Part shown: positions 1 through 9,586 of the stretch, piece after piece
How the letters are laid out: every line of letters begins with the position of its first letter
How positions within the stretch are numbered: the first letter of the stretch is position 1
Source: an uncultured bacterium
GTDB lineage: Bacteria > Patescibacteriota > Gracilibacteria > UBA1369 > PNNO01
Length of the DNA: 32,000 bases
Direction: 5' to 3'
Assembly: GCA_963704705.1 (NCBI GenBank)
Contig: OY969931.1
Location: 600,001-632,000, forward strand
Position numbers and translations under genes: made by a program
Notes under the pieces: generated by a model
Told to the model about the DNA's origin: nothing
The model's input: the letters and a program-made list of their open reading frames with translations, nothing else
The model's database searches: none

Positions 1-861
1 ACCAAAACCAGATGGGAGGACGAGAACGACCCCAAGGTCGTCTACAGCGGTCATCGGATCTTTATGCTCGCGCAGCGAAAGCGCGACATCAACAATGGCC
101 GCGGGTTCCCGATGACGATCACGACGAGTCAGAAGACCTTCCACCTGCGGATCTTCGTCATCCCGAGCGTTTCCATGGCCGGTCAGGCCGATCGCAATGC
201 TCGGGTCATCAACGAATGGAACAAGAGCCAGGCTTTGCTGGCCAAGCGTGTGGTCGCAAACGAGAAGCGAAGCATCAATGCCCGAAGGGCTGATGTGGAG
301 CTCTCGCTTTACGGCTTCTTCGCCGGCGAGACTCCGGGACATCCGGGTGGTGGTATGGGCATCTCGTCCAACATCATCCTTGGCAAGTTCGCGAAGGACG
401 TGGTGCAGCTCGGCTTGAGCCCGCACATCTCTTTCATGCGCTACCAGCTCCAGATCGAGGGGCTTCCCCCTGACGGAGCGCTGAACCGCGACATGAACTC
501 GACTGAATGGGACTTTGGTCTCAGTTTTCTCCTTCGTATCCAGCCCTTCAAGTACTTGTACTTCGATGGGAAACTGGGCTTCTCCCTGCGTGTCGTTGAC
601 AACAGCGACGCCATGACCTGGCAGGAGGACTACCCCACCTACCAGATCTACGGGATCAACGGCAGCACCGCCAAGATGGCGGTGCTCAACTGGAGCATCG
701 GTATCTACTTCCCGGTAGCACGGAACTTCGCTTTCGGAGTGTCCTACATGGGCACCGTATCCCTGACGAAGCAGGCCTGTGTGCTCAGTGCAACCACTGA
801 CCACAACATGTGCAATTCCTTCAACCACAGCGGCGCGGTCGAAATCCGCGCACGCTTCTAG
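1..861 (+). CDS. Outer-membrane beta-barrel-like protein, 3' part (5' end lies outside the window)
   Basis: Frame 1 is open from nt 1, so the Met at 64 is internal. Beta-strand-like alternating segments are present (KLGFSLRVV, MAVLNWSIGIYFPV, FAFGVSYMGTVSL). The protein ends ...GAVEIRARF-stop (TAG 859-861), an aromatic C-terminus typical of OMP beta-signals. Codon usage is GC-rich. No family was recognised. Confidence 0.45.
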   Translation, partial: TKTRWEDENDPKVVYSGHRIFMLAQRKRDINNGRGFPMTITTSQKTFHLRIFVIPSVSMAGQADRNARVINEWNKSQALLAKRVVANEKRSINARRADVELSLYGFFAGETPGHPGGGMGISSNIILGKFAKDVVQLGLSPHISFMRYQLQIEGLPPDGALNRDMNSTEWDFGLSFLLRIQPFKYLYFDGKLGFSLRVVDNSDAMTWQEDYPTYQIYGINGSTAKMAVLNWSIGIYFPVARNFAFGVSYMGTVSLTKQACVLSATTDHNMCNSFNHSGAVEIRARF

Positions 862-886
862 AACACGAACGAGAGGAGAAGAGACC

Positions 887-3800
887 ATGAAACGTAACTG
901 TATCATGGCCCTGGCCACGGCATTGATCGTGGCCACGGGCTGCAACCCAAGCGGTCTGGAGCATCAGTGCTTCGAGGGGAGCTGCGGACAGGACAGCGGC
1001 GTCGTGGTTCAACCCGACGCCAACGTCAACAACAACAACGACGGCTCGACGGTGCACCCCGACACCGGAGTGATCGTGCCCCACTGCGGGGACAATCACT
1101 GCGATCCGGGGGAGACCGCCAACGACTGCCCTCAGGACTGCGAATCAGTCTGTGGGAACGGCGTGATCGAACCCAACGAGCAGTGCGACGACGGCAACTC
1201 CGATCCCGGCGATGGCTGCAGCCCGTCCTGCGAGGACGAGTATTGTGGCGACGGGATCATCCAGGTGGAACTGGATGAGGAGTGCGACGACGGCAACACG
1301 GCCTCCGGCGACGGCTGCGACACCAACTGTATCCTCGAGTACTGCGGCGACGGCGTGATTCAGATCACGCTGGGCGAGCAGTGCGACGACGGCAACGTCG
1401 TCTCCAACGACGGGTGCAGCGCTACCTGCCAGGTGGAGCAGCCGCTTTGCGGCAATCACACCCTGAATCCCGGCGAGGAATGCGACGACGGCAACACGGC
1501 CTCCGGCGACGGATGCAGCGCAAGCTGTATCCGTGAGTTCTGCGGCGACGGTGTGCTACAAGTCAGCCTCGGCGAGGAGTGCGATGATGGCAACATCATC
1601 AACGGAGACACCTGCAACGCCAGCTGCCAGGTCGAATTCTGCGGCGATAACATCGCTCAGGTCGGCCTCGGTGAGGAATGCGACGACGGCAACAACGTCG
1701 ACGGAGACGGGTGCGATTCCAACTGCTTGCTCGAGACGCCGACCCTTTGCGGGGACGGCAATCTCGACCTCGGTGAGCAGTGTGACGACGGCAACACGAC
1801 CCCCGGCGACGGCTGCACTGCCTTCTGTCAGCTCGAGTTCTGCGGTGACGGTGTCACCCAGATCGGCCTGGGAGAGCAGTGCGACGACGCCAACATCGTG
1901 TCCGGCGACGGCTGCAGCGCCACCTGCCAGGTGGAGAGCTGCGGCGACGGCATCATCCAGGTCGGCCTGGGAGAGCAGTGCGACGATGGGAATCTGATTC
2001 CCGGCGACGGCTGTTCTCCGTCCTGCCGCATCGAGAGCTGCGGCGACGGCATCATTCAGGTTGGCATGGGTGAGCAGTGTGACGATGGCAACGCCGTCAA
2101 CGGAGACGGCTGCAACACCAGCTGCCAGCTGGAGTACTGCGGCGACGGCGTCCAACAGCTGCTCCTCGGAGAGCAGTGCGATGACGGCAACAACCTCTCC
2201 AACGATGGGTGCAGCGCCACCTGCCAGATCGAGGTCCCGCCGCTTTGCGGCGACGGGACCCTCGACATCGGAGAACAGTGCGACGACGGCAACAACGTAT
2301 CCGGCGACGGGTGCAACGCTGCCTGTGTTCGCGAGTTCTGCGGTGACGGAGTCGTGCAGGTTTCCCTCGGGGAACAGTGCGACGACGGCAACAATTCAAA
2401 CGGTGACGGTTGTACCGCGTACTGCCGAACCGAGTTCTGCGGTGATCACATCACCCAGATCGGCCTCGGGGAACAGTGCGACGACGGCAACAACGTCGAC
2501 GGCGACGGGTGCGATTCCAGCTGTATGCTGGAAGATCCCGCTCTCTGTGGCAACGGCACCGTGGATCCGGGTGAGGGGTGCGATGACGGTAATACCGTAT
2601 CGGGCGATGGCTGCAGCGCAGGCTGTGTCATCGAACGGTGCAGCGATGGCGTGCTGCAGCCCACCCTGGGCGAGCAGTGCGACGACGGCAACCTCACCAA
2701 CGGTGACGGGTGCAGCAGCACCTGTCAGATCGAACGCTGCGGCGACGGCATCATTCAGGTCTTCCTCGGGGAGCAGTGTGATGACGGTAACCTTGTGAAC
2801 GGTGATGGCTGCAGCGCCTTCTGCGCTCTGGAGAACCCTCCTCTGTGCGGAAATCACGTTTTGGAAGCCGGAGAGCAGTGCGACGACGGCAACAACGTGA
2901 ACGGCGACGGCTGTACCGCCACCTGCCAGAAAGAGTACTGCGGCGACGGGAGCGTACAGACGCTTCTGGGCGAGCAGTGCGACGACGGCAATCTCAACAA
3001 CGGAGACGGCTGCAGCGCCGCCTGCCGCATGGAATACTGCGGCGACAACAAGATCCAGCTGCTCCTCGGTGAGCAGTGTGACGACGGTAACAACGTCGAT
3101 GGAGATGGGTGTGACTCCAACTGTATGTTGGAGGAGCCCTACCTCTGCGGCAACGGGACCGTGGATCCGGGTGAGGAGTGCGACGACGGCAACACCGTAT
3201 CGGGCGATGGCTGCAGCGCAGGCTGCGTGCTCGAGCGGTGCAGCGACGGCGTGCTCCAGCCCACCCTTGGTGAGGAGTGCGACGACGGCAACCTGTCCGA
3301 CGGAGACGGGTGCTCCTCCACCTGCCACAGGGAATACTGTGGCGACGGCGTCTATCAGCTCCTCCTTGGGGAGCAGTGCGACGACGGCAACAACATTTCA
3401 GGTGACGGTTGCAGCGCCAGCTGCCTGTTGGAAGACCCGCCGGTCTGCGGCGACGGGGTTTTGAACCCCGGCGAGACGTGTGACGACGGCAACACCATCA
3501 GCGGCGACGGCTGCTCCTCCACCTGCCAGCTCGAGTTCTGCGGTGACGGCATCGTGAATTCGGGCCTTACCGAGCAGTGCGACGATGGCAATCACACTTC
3601 CGGCGACGGCTGTAGCGCTGCTTGCCGCATTGAGATGTGCGGCGACAACATCACGCAGGCCTCCCTCGGGGAGACATGCGACGATGGCAACGTAGCGGAC
3701 GGCGACGGCTGCAGCGCGATCTGCCAGCTCGAGAACCCCGCGGCGTGCGGTAACGGCCAGATGGATCCGGGCGAGAAGTGCGACGATGGCAACACCATCA

Positions 3801-5149
3801 GCGGCGACGGCTGCTCCGCTTCCTGCCAGAACGAGTTCTGTGGTGACGGCGTCACCCAGACCCAACTGGGCGAGCAGTGCGACGATGGGAACGCCTCGAG
3901 CGGTGACGGCTGCTCCGCAGCATGTCAGAACGAGCGCTGCGGTGACGGCGTCGTACAGCCCAATATGGGCGAGGAGTGCGACGACGGCAACGTGGTCGAC
4001 GGTGATGGCTGCAGTGCATTCTGCAGTCTCGAGAATCCCGCGGTGTGCGGCGATGGGGTCATCAACCCCGGCGAGCAGTGCGACGACGGGAACAACGTGA
4101 GCGGCGACGGCTGCAACGGCAGTTGCCAGGTGGAGTACTGCGGCGACGGATCCGTGCAAGCGGGACTGGGCGAGCAGTGCGACGATGGCAACGTGGCCAA
4201 CGGCGACGGTTGCAGCGCCTCCTGCCGCATCGAGAGATGCGGCGATCACATCATCCAGCCTTCCCTCGGGGAGGAGTGTGATGACGGGAACGTGGCCAAC
4301 GGCGACGGGTGTGATTCCAGCTGCCAGCTGGAAGCGCCCGCTTTCTGTGGCAACGGGACCCTGGATTCGGGAGAGGGTTGTGACGATGGAAATACCGTAT
4401 CCGGTGACGGGTGCAGCTCCGGCTGTGTCCCTGAGGGCTGCGGTGACCATGTGCTTCAGCCGTCCCTCGGCGAGGAGTGCGACGACGGCAACCTTTCCAA
4501 TGGCGATGGCTGCAACGCAGCCTGCCAGCGCGAGTACTGCGGCGACGGCGTGATCCAGCATCTGCTGGGCGAGGAGTGCGATGACGGTAACAACATCAAC
4601 GGTGATGGCTGTGACAACAGCTGCCATCTCAGCACTCCTGCTGTGTGCGGCAACGGGGTTTTGAACCCCGGTGAGCAGTGCGACGACGGAAACAACGTGG
4701 CCGGCGACGGCTGCAACGCCTTCTGTCAGCGCGAAATCTGCGGTGACGGCATCGTACAACCCGCTCTCGGTGAGCAGTGCGATGACGGCAACGTGGGCAA
4801 CGGTGACGGCTGTAGTGCTTCGTGCAAGATCGAGTACTGCGGCGACACGGCGCACCCCCTGCTCGGTGAACAGTGCGACGACGGCAACGTGATCAACGGC
4901 GACGGCTGCGATTCCAACTGCATGTTGGAGGCACCGGCCGCCTGCGGTAACGGCACCGTGGATCCGGGTGAGGAGTGCGATGACAACAACACCGTATCCG
5001 GCGACGGGTGCAGCTCGGGCTGTACCCTGGAGGGATGCGGAGACCATATCACTCAGGCCTCCTTGGCGAGGAGTGCGACGACGGCAACGCGGTCAGTGGC
5101 GACGGGTGCAGCAGCACCTGCCAACGCGAGTACTGCGGCGACGGCGTGA
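887..5149 (+). CDS. Giant cysteine-rich-repeat lipoprotein, fragment 1 of 4 (repeat units 1-39)
   Basis: AGGAG at 874-878 lies 8 nt upstream of ATG 887. N-terminus is [18 protein letters not shown]|C (signal peptide plus lipobox Cys), followed by an Asn-run linker ([10 protein letters not shown]). Then come 39 tandem units [14 protein letters not shown]...GDGC...C..E. The authentic frame is lost at ~5063-5066, so the last ~28 codons up to TGA 5147-5149 are out of frame. The ORF-track start at 779 overlaps the upstream gene and is not favoured. Confidence 0.8.
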   Translation: MKRNCIMALATALIVATGCNPSGLEHQCFEGSCGQDSGVVVQPDANVNNNNDGSTVHPDTGVIVPHCGDNHCDPGETANDCPQDCESVCGNGVIEPNEQCDDGNSDPGDGCSPSCEDEYCGDGIIQVELDEECDDGNTASGDGCDTNCILEYCGDGVIQITLGEQCDDGNVVSNDGCSATCQVEQPLCGNHTLNPGEECDDGNTASGDGCSASCIREFCGDGVLQVSLGEECDDGNIINGDTCNASCQVEFCGDNIAQVGLGEECDDGNNVDGDGCDSNCLLETPTLCGDGNLDLGEQCDDGNTTPGDGCTAFCQLEFCGDGVTQIGLGEQCDDANIVSGDGCSATCQVESCGDGIIQVGLGEQCDDGNLIPGDGCSPSCRIESCGDGIIQVGMGEQCDDGNAVNGDGCNTSCQLEYCGDGVQQLLLGEQCDDGNNLSNDGCSATCQIEVPPLCGDGTLDIGEQCDDGNNVSGDGCNAACVREFCGDGVVQVSLGEQCDDGNNSNGDGCTAYCRTEFCGDHITQIGLGEQCDDGNNVDGDGCDSSCMLEDPALCGNGTVDPGEGCDDGNTVSGDGCSAGCVIERCSDGVLQPTLGEQCDDGNLTNGDGCSSTCQIERCGDGIIQVFLGEQCDDGNLVNGDGCSAFCALENPPLCGNHVLEAGEQCDDGNNVNGDGCTATCQKEYCGDGSVQTLLGEQCDDGNLNNGDGCSAACRMEYCGDNKIQLLLGEQCDDGNNVDGDGCDSNCMLEEPYLCGNGTVDPGEECDDGNTVSGDGCSAGCVLERCSDGVLQPTLGEECDDGNLSDGDGCSSTCHREYCGDGVYQLLLGEQCDDGNNISGDGCSASCLLEDPPVCGDGVLNPGETCDDGNTISGDGCSSTCQLEFCGDGIVNSGLTEQCDDGNHTSGDGCSAACRIEMCGDNITQASLGETCDDGNVADGDGCSAICQLENPAACGNGQMDPGEKCDDGNTISGDGCSASCQNEFCGDGVTQTQLGEQCDDGNASSGDGCSAACQNERCGDGVVQPNMGEECDDGNVVDGDGCSAFCSLENPAVCGDGVINPGEQCDDGNNVSGDGCNGSCQVEYCGDGSVQAGLGEQCDDGNVANGDGCSASCRIERCGDHIIQPSLGEECDDGNVANGDGCDSSCQLEAPAFCGNGTLDSGEGCDDGNTVSGDGCSSGCVPEGCGDHVLQPSLGEECDDGNLSNGDGCNAACQREYCGDGVIQHLLGEECDDGNNINGDGCDNSCHLSTPAVCGNGVLNPGEQCDDGNNVAGDGCNAFCQREICGDGIVQPALGEQCDDGNVGNGDGCSASCKIEYCGDTAHPLLGEQCDDGNVINGDGCDSNCMLEAPAACGNGTVDPGEECDDNNTVSGDGCSSGCTLEGCGDHITQASLARSATTATRSVATGAAAPANASTAATA

Positions 5150-7030
5150 CGCAACTCACCCTTGGTGAACAGTGCGACGACGGTAACAGCGTGAACGGCG
5201 ATGGCTGCAACGCCTTCTGCAAGATCGAAATCCCGCCCATGTGCGGCGACGGCATCCTGCAGACTGGTGAGCAGTGCGACGACGGTAACAACGTTTCCGG
5301 AGACGGCTGCAACGCGGGTTGCGTGAAGGAGTTCTGCGGCGACGGCGTGCAGCAACCCGGCTTGGGTGAGCAGTGTGATGACGGTAACGCGACCAGCGGC
5401 GACGGGTGTTCCGCCGCCTGCAGGCGCGAAATCGTGGCGATAACGTCGTTCAGCTCGGCCTCGGCGAGCAGTGCGACGACGGCAACAACGTTTCGGGTGA
5501 CGGCTGCGACGCCACCTGCCAGTTCGAGGTCCAGCCCACGTGCGGAAACGGCGTGACTGACCCCAACGAGCAGTGCGACGACAGCAACAACCTGAACGGT
5601 GATGGCTGCAGCGCCGGTTGTCTCTTGGAGTACTGTGGCGACGGCGTTCTCCAGCCCCTCATGGGCGAAGAGTGCGACGACAGCAACACCTCCTCGGGCG
5701 ACGGATGCTCAGCGACCTGCCGTATCGAACGCTGCGGAGACGGCGTCGTGCAGGCTTCCCTCGGGGAGCAGTGCGACGACGGCAACGTGGTGAATGGTGA
5801 TGGTTGCAGCGCAGGCTGCAACCTCGAGAATCCGGCAGTTTGCGGCGATGGCGCCGTGGATGCCGGGGAGCAGTGCGACGATGGGAACAACATTCCCGGA
5901 GACGGCTGCAATGCAACCTGCCAGAAGGAGTACTGCGGCGATGGTTCCGTGCAAGCGGGCCTGGGCGAGCAGTGCGACGATGGCAACAACTTTAGCGGTG
6001 ATGGCTGCTCCGCAGCCTGCCGAATCGAATACTGCGGAGACGGTATCAGTCAGGTGCCCATGGGAGAGGAGTGCGACGATGGCAACATCGTCTCCGGAGA
6101 CGGCTGCTCCTCTTCCTGCCACTTGGAGATTCCGGCACTCTGCGGCGACGGCAACGTGGACCCCGGTGAGCAGTGCGACGACGGGGACAGCGTTTCCGGC
6201 GACGGCTGTAGCGCCGGTTGCCTCCTGGAGTATTGCGGTGACGGCGTCATGCAGGCTTCCCTTGGGGAGCAGTGCGACGACGGCAACGCATCCAGCAACG
6301 ACGGGTGCAGCGCTACCTGCCAGATCGAACGGTGTGGTGACGGCACTGTCCAGGTTTTCCTGGGCGAACAGTGCGATGACGGGAATCTCGTCAACGGCGA
6401 CGGGTGCAATGCCAGCTGCCAGTTGGAGGCTCCGTCGATGTGCGGCAACCACACCATCGACCCCGGTGAGCAGTGCGACGACGGAAACAACGTTTCCGGT
6501 GACGGCTGCAACGCCACCTGTCAGCGCGAATTCTGTGGGGACGGGCTCACGCAGCCCGGACTCATGGAGGAGTGCGATGACGGCAATGTCTCCAATGGAG
6601 ACGGCTGTTCCGCCAGTTGCCGCCTCGAGTATTGCGGGGATGGCGTCATTCAGGTGCTGCTCGGTGAGCAGTGCGACGACGCCAACTTCGTGAACAACGA
6701 CGGCTGCAACAACAACTGTCGGCTCAGCGCTCCGCACATCTGCGGAAACGGGGTCATCAACCCCGGCGAGCAGTGCGACGATGGCAACATCATTTCCGGA
6801 GACCTCTGTAGCTCTTCCTGTATGGTGGAGTACTGCGGCGACCATATCACCCAGGTTGGTCTGGGTGAGGAGTGTGACGATGGCAACATCGTCAACGGTG
6901 ACGGCTGCAGCAGCAACTGCCTGCGGGAGTACTGCGGTGACGGTGTCATTCAAGTGCTGCTCGGTGAGCAGTGCGATGATGGCAACATCGTCTCCGGGGA
7001 CGGATGTTCATCCATCTGTCGTGTAGAAAA
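1151..7030 (+). repeat. Coding tandem array: 59 units of ~99-102 nt (33-34 aa, 6 Cys each), with higher-order 300-nt and 600-nt periodicity
   Basis: Hand count of the C-D-D-[GASN]-[ND] cores gives 59. Pro-containing linkers (E.P..C) follow units 3, 6, 11, 14, 17 ... 59, giving an exact 3-unit period from unit 12 onward. Segments 2521-2700 and 3121-3300 show 24 mismatches in 180 nt at an exact 600-nt offset. Confidence 0.9.
5008..5556 (+). CDS. Giant cysteine-rich-repeat protein, fragment 2 of 4 (units 40-43)
   Basis: The repeat consensus ([27 protein letters not shown]...) resumes in this frame at ~5065 and is lost again at 5433/5434. Sequence before 5065 and after 5434 in this ORF is out-of-frame read-through. 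There is no independent start context. Confidence 0.6.
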   Translation: MQLGLYPGGMRRPYHSGLLGEECDDGNAVSGDGCSSTCQREYCGDGVTQLTLGEQCDDGNSVNGDGCNAFCKIEIPPMCGDGILQTGEQCDDGNNVSGDGCNAGCVKEFCGDGVQQPGLGEQCDDGNATSGDGCSAACRREIVAITSFSSASASSATTATTFRVTAATPPASSRSSPRAETA

Positions 7031-7037
7031 CCCTTAG
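5406..7037 (+). CDS. Giant cysteine-rich-repeat protein, fragment 3 of 4 (units 44-59)
   Basis: The repeat consensus resumes at ~5436 ([17 protein letters not shown]...) and runs in frame to ...CRVENP, with TAG at 7035-7037. The first ~10 codons of the ORF are out-of-frame overlap with fragment 2. Confidence 0.75.
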   Translation: MFRRLQARNRGDNVVQLGLGEQCDDGNNVSGDGCDATCQFEVQPTCGNGVTDPNEQCDDSNNLNGDGCSAGCLLEYCGDGVLQPLMGEECDDSNTSSGDGCSATCRIERCGDGVVQASLGEQCDDGNVVNGDGCSAGCNLENPAVCGDGAVDAGEQCDDGNNIPGDGCNATCQKEYCGDGSVQAGLGEQCDDGNNFSGDGCSAACRIEYCGDGISQVPMGEECDDGNIVSGDGCSSSCHLEIPALCGDGNVDPGEQCDDGDSVSGDGCSAGCLLEYCGDGVMQASLGEQCDDGNASSNDGCSATCQIERCGDGTVQVFLGEQCDDGNLVNGDGCNASCQLEAPSMCGNHTIDPGEQCDDGNNVSGDGCNATCQREFCGDGLTQPGLMEECDDGNVSNGDGCSASCRLEYCGDGVIQVLLGEQCDDANFVNNDGCNNNCRLSAPHICGNGVINPGEQCDDGNIISGDLCSSSCMVEYCGDHITQVGLGEECDDGNIVNGDGCSSNCLREYCGDGVIQVLLGEQCDDGNIVSGDGCSSICRVENP

Positions 7038-7990
7038 AAGGCCCCACTGGACCAAGCTGCTCCGACGGCGTCGACAACGACGGCGACGGACTGGTGGACT
7101 GCAACGACCCAGGCTGCGCAGGCGATCCCGCCTGCGCAGTCCCGGGGGTTGAGGTCTGCTCCGGTGGGGTAGACGAGGATGGCGACGGTCTTGTGGACTG
7201 TGCCGACCCCGACTGCTCGAATTCCCCCTTATGTCCCGAGAACTGCACCAACGGTATCGACGATGATGCCGATGGTCTCGTGGATTGCAACGATACAGAG
7301 TGCGCGGCTCATCCCGCGTGCGTTGGTCCCACCACAGAAATCTGCAACGACGGGCTCGACAACGACGGTGACGGTCTTGCAGATTGCCTCGATCCGGACT
7401 GCGTGGCTCATCCCGCGTGTGCTCCGGGCGTTGAGATCTGCAATAACCTCACCGACGACGATGGTGATGGCAGGGTCGATTGCCAGGATCCAAATTGCTG
7501 GGCTACCGCCTTCTGCATCGGTGTTACGGAGAACTGCTCCGATGGCATCGACAACGACGGCGACGGCAAAACCGACTGCGAGGATGATAAGTGCAGCGGC
7601 CGTCTCGGCGGCAACGGCACCATCTGTGCATATGGTCGGCGGCAGGAACTCCTGTGCAACGACGGCATCGATAACGATGGCGACGGCCTGATCGATTGCC
7701 TCGATCCCGACTGCTCTCTTGATCCCGTTTGTGGTTTTACCACAACGGAGAACTGCGAGGGTGGTGGTGACGAGGACGGCGACGGCCAAGCCGATTGTGT
7801 CGATAGCGATTGCCGGAACCATCCACGGTGTATGGTCTGGAACACTGCAAGAACCGGAACTACAGGAACTTTGTGTCCCACAGACACTTCCGGAACCTGC
7901 GCTACTGGTATTCTAAGTGCTCCAGATTACGACAACGTAAAGTGGTGTCGACCCATCAACCCGGTCTGCTATACGGACTACGTGAAGTAG
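7004..7990 (+). CDS. DNDGDG-repeat / Cys-rich C-terminal domain protein; probably the C-terminal domain (fragment 4) of the giant gene
   Basis: Contains 8 units of C.DG.DNDGDG..DC.DPDC....C, then a C-terminal module ...[13 protein letters not shown]...[14 protein letters not shown]-stop (TAG 7988-7990). There is no signal peptide and no SD of its own. The ORF overlaps the stop of fragment 3, and adding one nt at 7031-7033 fuses it in frame ([23 protein letters not shown]). Confidence 0.7.
   Translation: MFIHLSCRKPLEGPTGPSCSDGVDNDGDGLVDCNDPGCAGDPACAVPGVEVCSGGVDEDGDGLVDCADPDCSNSPLCPENCTNGIDDDADGLVDCNDTECAAHPACVGPTTEICNDGLDNDGDGLADCLDPDCVAHPACAPGVEICNNLTDDDGDGRVDCQDPNCWATAFCIGVTENCSDGIDNDGDGKTDCEDDKCSGRLGGNGTICAYGRRQELLCNDGIDNDGDGLIDCLDPDCSLDPVCGFTTTENCEGGGDEDGDGQADCVDSDCRNHPRCMVWNTARTGTTGTLCPTDTSGTCATGILSAPDYDNVKWCRPINPVCYTDYVK
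7058..7813 (+). repeat. Coding tandem array: 8 Cys-bracketed DxDxDG (DNDGDG) units, GC-rich codons
   Basis: The eight units are [140 protein letters not shown] and [20 protein letters not shown]. Confidence 0.85.
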
Positions 7991-8026
7991 CCGGTCCATC
8001 CGCAACTAATTGTTCAACCTTATAAA

Positions 8027-8056
8027 GGCGGGCTCACATATGTGAACCCGCCTTTT
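8027..8056 (+). terminator. Rho-independent terminator after the giant gene, at the GC-rich/AT-rich boundary
   Basis: GGCGGGCTCACA-TA-TGTGAACCCGCC forms a 12-bp stem with one mismatch, followed by TTTT. It lies 37 nt after the stop at 7990. Confidence 0.7.
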
Positions 8057-8131
8057 CCCCATATAAAAAATTTGCTTTTATGTAATTAATTTGGTATCAA
8101 TGCGTTCTATATATTGGAAATGATTTTGTGC

Positions 8132-8159
8132 TTGACAAGTTTGTCGAATAATGTAAAAT
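8132..8159 (+). promoter_or_regulatory. Sigma70-type promoter for the 8189 gene
   Basis: TTGACA (8132-8137), a 16-nt spacer ending in TG, then TAAAAT (8154-8159), i.e. an extended -10. It lies ~30 nt upstream of ATG 8189. Confidence 0.55.
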
Positions 8160-8188
8160 AACATCTAAAATTCTTAATACCTTATAAT

Positions 8189-9586
8189 ATGTCAAAATTA
8201 GATAGAAATACGGAAAATTTAGAAAAGCGCTTTCAAAAGCCTAAATTTTATTTAAATCCCAATTCAATTTGGGGTAAAATTGCACGTCCGATTACATTAG
8301 CTGTTGGTTTAGTTCTTGCTGGAGGAGTAGCTGCTTGTAAATTTGACGTAGGTGGATTCGCTCCACCTGATCGTCCGGATTCAAGACCATTAGACGACGG
8401 AAGTTTTGATGCAGGAACAGATGCTGGTGATGCTGGTCCAACTGATGAAATTTGTAATGATGGAATCGATAATGATCAGGATGGGAAAATAGACTGCGCT
8501 GATGAAGATTGTTTAGGGAATCCTTCTTGTCCTGAAATTTGTGATGATGAAGTTGATAATGACGGAGACGGGAAAATTGATTGTGCTGATAGTGATTGTG
8601 TTGGTCATCAGGGAAGTGGAGGTTTATGCGAACAAGCTGAAACCAATTGTGCAGATGGATTTGATAATGATGCAAATGGATTAATAGATTGTGCAGATAC
8701 TGCTCACTGCGGCGGAAGTCCTGATTGTGGTGAAACTGTATGTAATGATGGCATCGATAATGATAATGACGGTAAAACTGACTGCGCTGATAGTGAATGC
8801 GTTGGCCAAACCGGTCAAAATGGAGAAATTTGCGAAGCAACTGAAGTAACTTGTGATGATGGTTTTGATAATGATGGTGACGGCCAATCAGACTGTGATG
8901 ATCCTGATTGTTTAAATACAGCAGCTTGCGGAGAATCTACATGCAATGACGGTATAGATAATGATAATGACGGTAAAACTGACTGCGCAGATAGTGAATG
9001 TGTGGGGCAACTTGGACCAAATGGAGAAACATGTGAATTAACTGAAGTTTCTTGTGCTGATGGTCAAGATAATGATGGTGATGGACTTATAGATTGTGAA
9101 GACCCAGATTGTTTTAGCGCTTCATGTTCTGAAGTATGTGATGACGGACAGGATCATGATAATGATGGTTTAGTTGGATGTGCAGACCCTGATTGTACGG
9201 GCTTCACCGATGGTTTAACAATGTGTGCATACGGGCAAGAATGGGAAACCGATTGTACAGATGGTGTAGATAACGATGGCAATGGATACACAGACTGTGA
9301 TGATATTGCATGTTCAATAACTGCCGCATGTGGTGCGGTTGTTGAAGATTGTACAAGTTTTACTGCTGATGTTAATGGAGATGGTTTACAAAAATGTGAA
9401 GATGTAACATGTTTATTCGATCTGGATTGTATAGATTGGCCTCGTTCATGTTCAGGTTCTGCTGGATCTATATGTCCTACACAGCAATCCGGTACTTGTG
9501 CAACTGGAACATGTTCTGAAGGAGCCACTTATAATGGTCAGACTCTGCCAAAAGTTTGTAGCCCTATAGATCAATCTTGTTACTAA
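8189..9586 (+). CDS. Membrane-anchored/lipoprotein DNDGDG-repeat protein; low-GC counterpart of the 7004-7990 domain
   Basis: A 33-aa polar N-terminus precedes [15 protein letters not shown]|C (TM segment or lipobox). Ten units of C.DG.DND.DG..DC.D..C follow. The C-terminal module [13 protein letters not shown]...CSPIDQSCY-stop matches the end of the GC-rich ORF. Codons are AT-rich (tgt, gat, aat, ggt). Confidence 0.85.
   Translation: MSKLDRNTENLEKRFQKPKFYLNPNSIWGKIARPITLAVGLVLAGGVAACKFDVGGFAPPDRPDSRPLDDGSFDAGTDAGDAGPTDEICNDGIDNDQDGKIDCADEDCLGNPSCPEICDDEVDNDGDGKIDCADSDCVGHQGSGGLCEQAETNCADGFDNDANGLIDCADTAHCGGSPDCGETVCNDGIDNDNDGKTDCADSECVGQTGQNGEICEATEVTCDDGFDNDGDGQSDCDDPDCLNTAACGESTCNDGIDNDNDGKTDCADSECVGQLGPNGETCELTEVSCADGQDNDGDGLIDCEDPDCFSASCSEVCDDGQDHDNDGLVGCADPDCTGFTDGLTMCAYGQEWETDCTDGVDNDGNGYTDCDDIACSITAACGAVVEDCTSFTADVNGDGLQKCEDVTCLFDLDCIDWPRSCSGSAGSICPTQQSGTCATGTCSEGATYNGQTLPKVCSPIDQSCY
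8453..9412 (+). repeat. Coding tandem array: 10 Cys-bracketed DxDxDG units, AT-rich codons
   Basis: Examples include [60 protein letters not shown] (twice), [20 protein letters not shown] and [20 protein letters not shown]. Confidence 0.8.

Larger units (their letters stand above)
887..7990 (+). pseudogene. Reconstructed single giant surface-lipoprotein gene (~2,370 codons) interrupted by three 1-nt frame breaks (frames 2>1>0>2)
   Basis: The repeat consensus continues seamlessly across 5063-5066, 5433/5434 and 7031-7033 if one nucleotide is added at each site. All three breaks go in the same direction. From the sequence alone this could be a true pseudogene, consensus errors in a repeat, or (third site only) recoding. 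Confidence 0.5.

Noticed and set aside
5057-5444. Programmed ribosomal frameshifting at the first two frame breaks.
   Set aside because: Neither site has an X_XXY_YYZ heptamer or a +1-prone hungry-codon context. The second break removes the first base of a Cys codon at a non-repetitive position.
1151-7030. The regular ~100-nt tandem repeats considered as a CRISPR array or non-coding satellite.
   Set aside because: The units are contiguous, with no unique spacers. They are in-frame multiples of 3 (99-102 nt) and are conserved at the protein level (six Cys and the DDGN core), with synonymous drift.
7114-7139. A perfect 11-bp palindrome (CTGCGCAGGCG-ATCC-CGCCTGCGCAG) considered as a frameshift-stimulating hairpin for the 7028-7034 heptamer.
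   Set aside because: It lies ~80 nt downstream of the slip site, far beyond the 5-9 nt spacing at which stimulators act. It is more simply a by-product of the codons for [10 protein letters not shown].
821-7887. Dozens of long ORFs in other frames and on the minus strand of the GC-rich region, for example 3398-5047 (549 aa), 5709-6953 (414 aa), 2396-3328 (310 aa), 1556-2155 and 7229-7822.
   Set aside because: These are shadow ORFs. GC-rich, stop-poor repeat DNA stays open in several frames. Their translations are low-complexity A/V/G/S/P/R strings that repeat with the period of the sense-strand units. They have no start context. The sense frame carries a strongly conserved Cys pattern.
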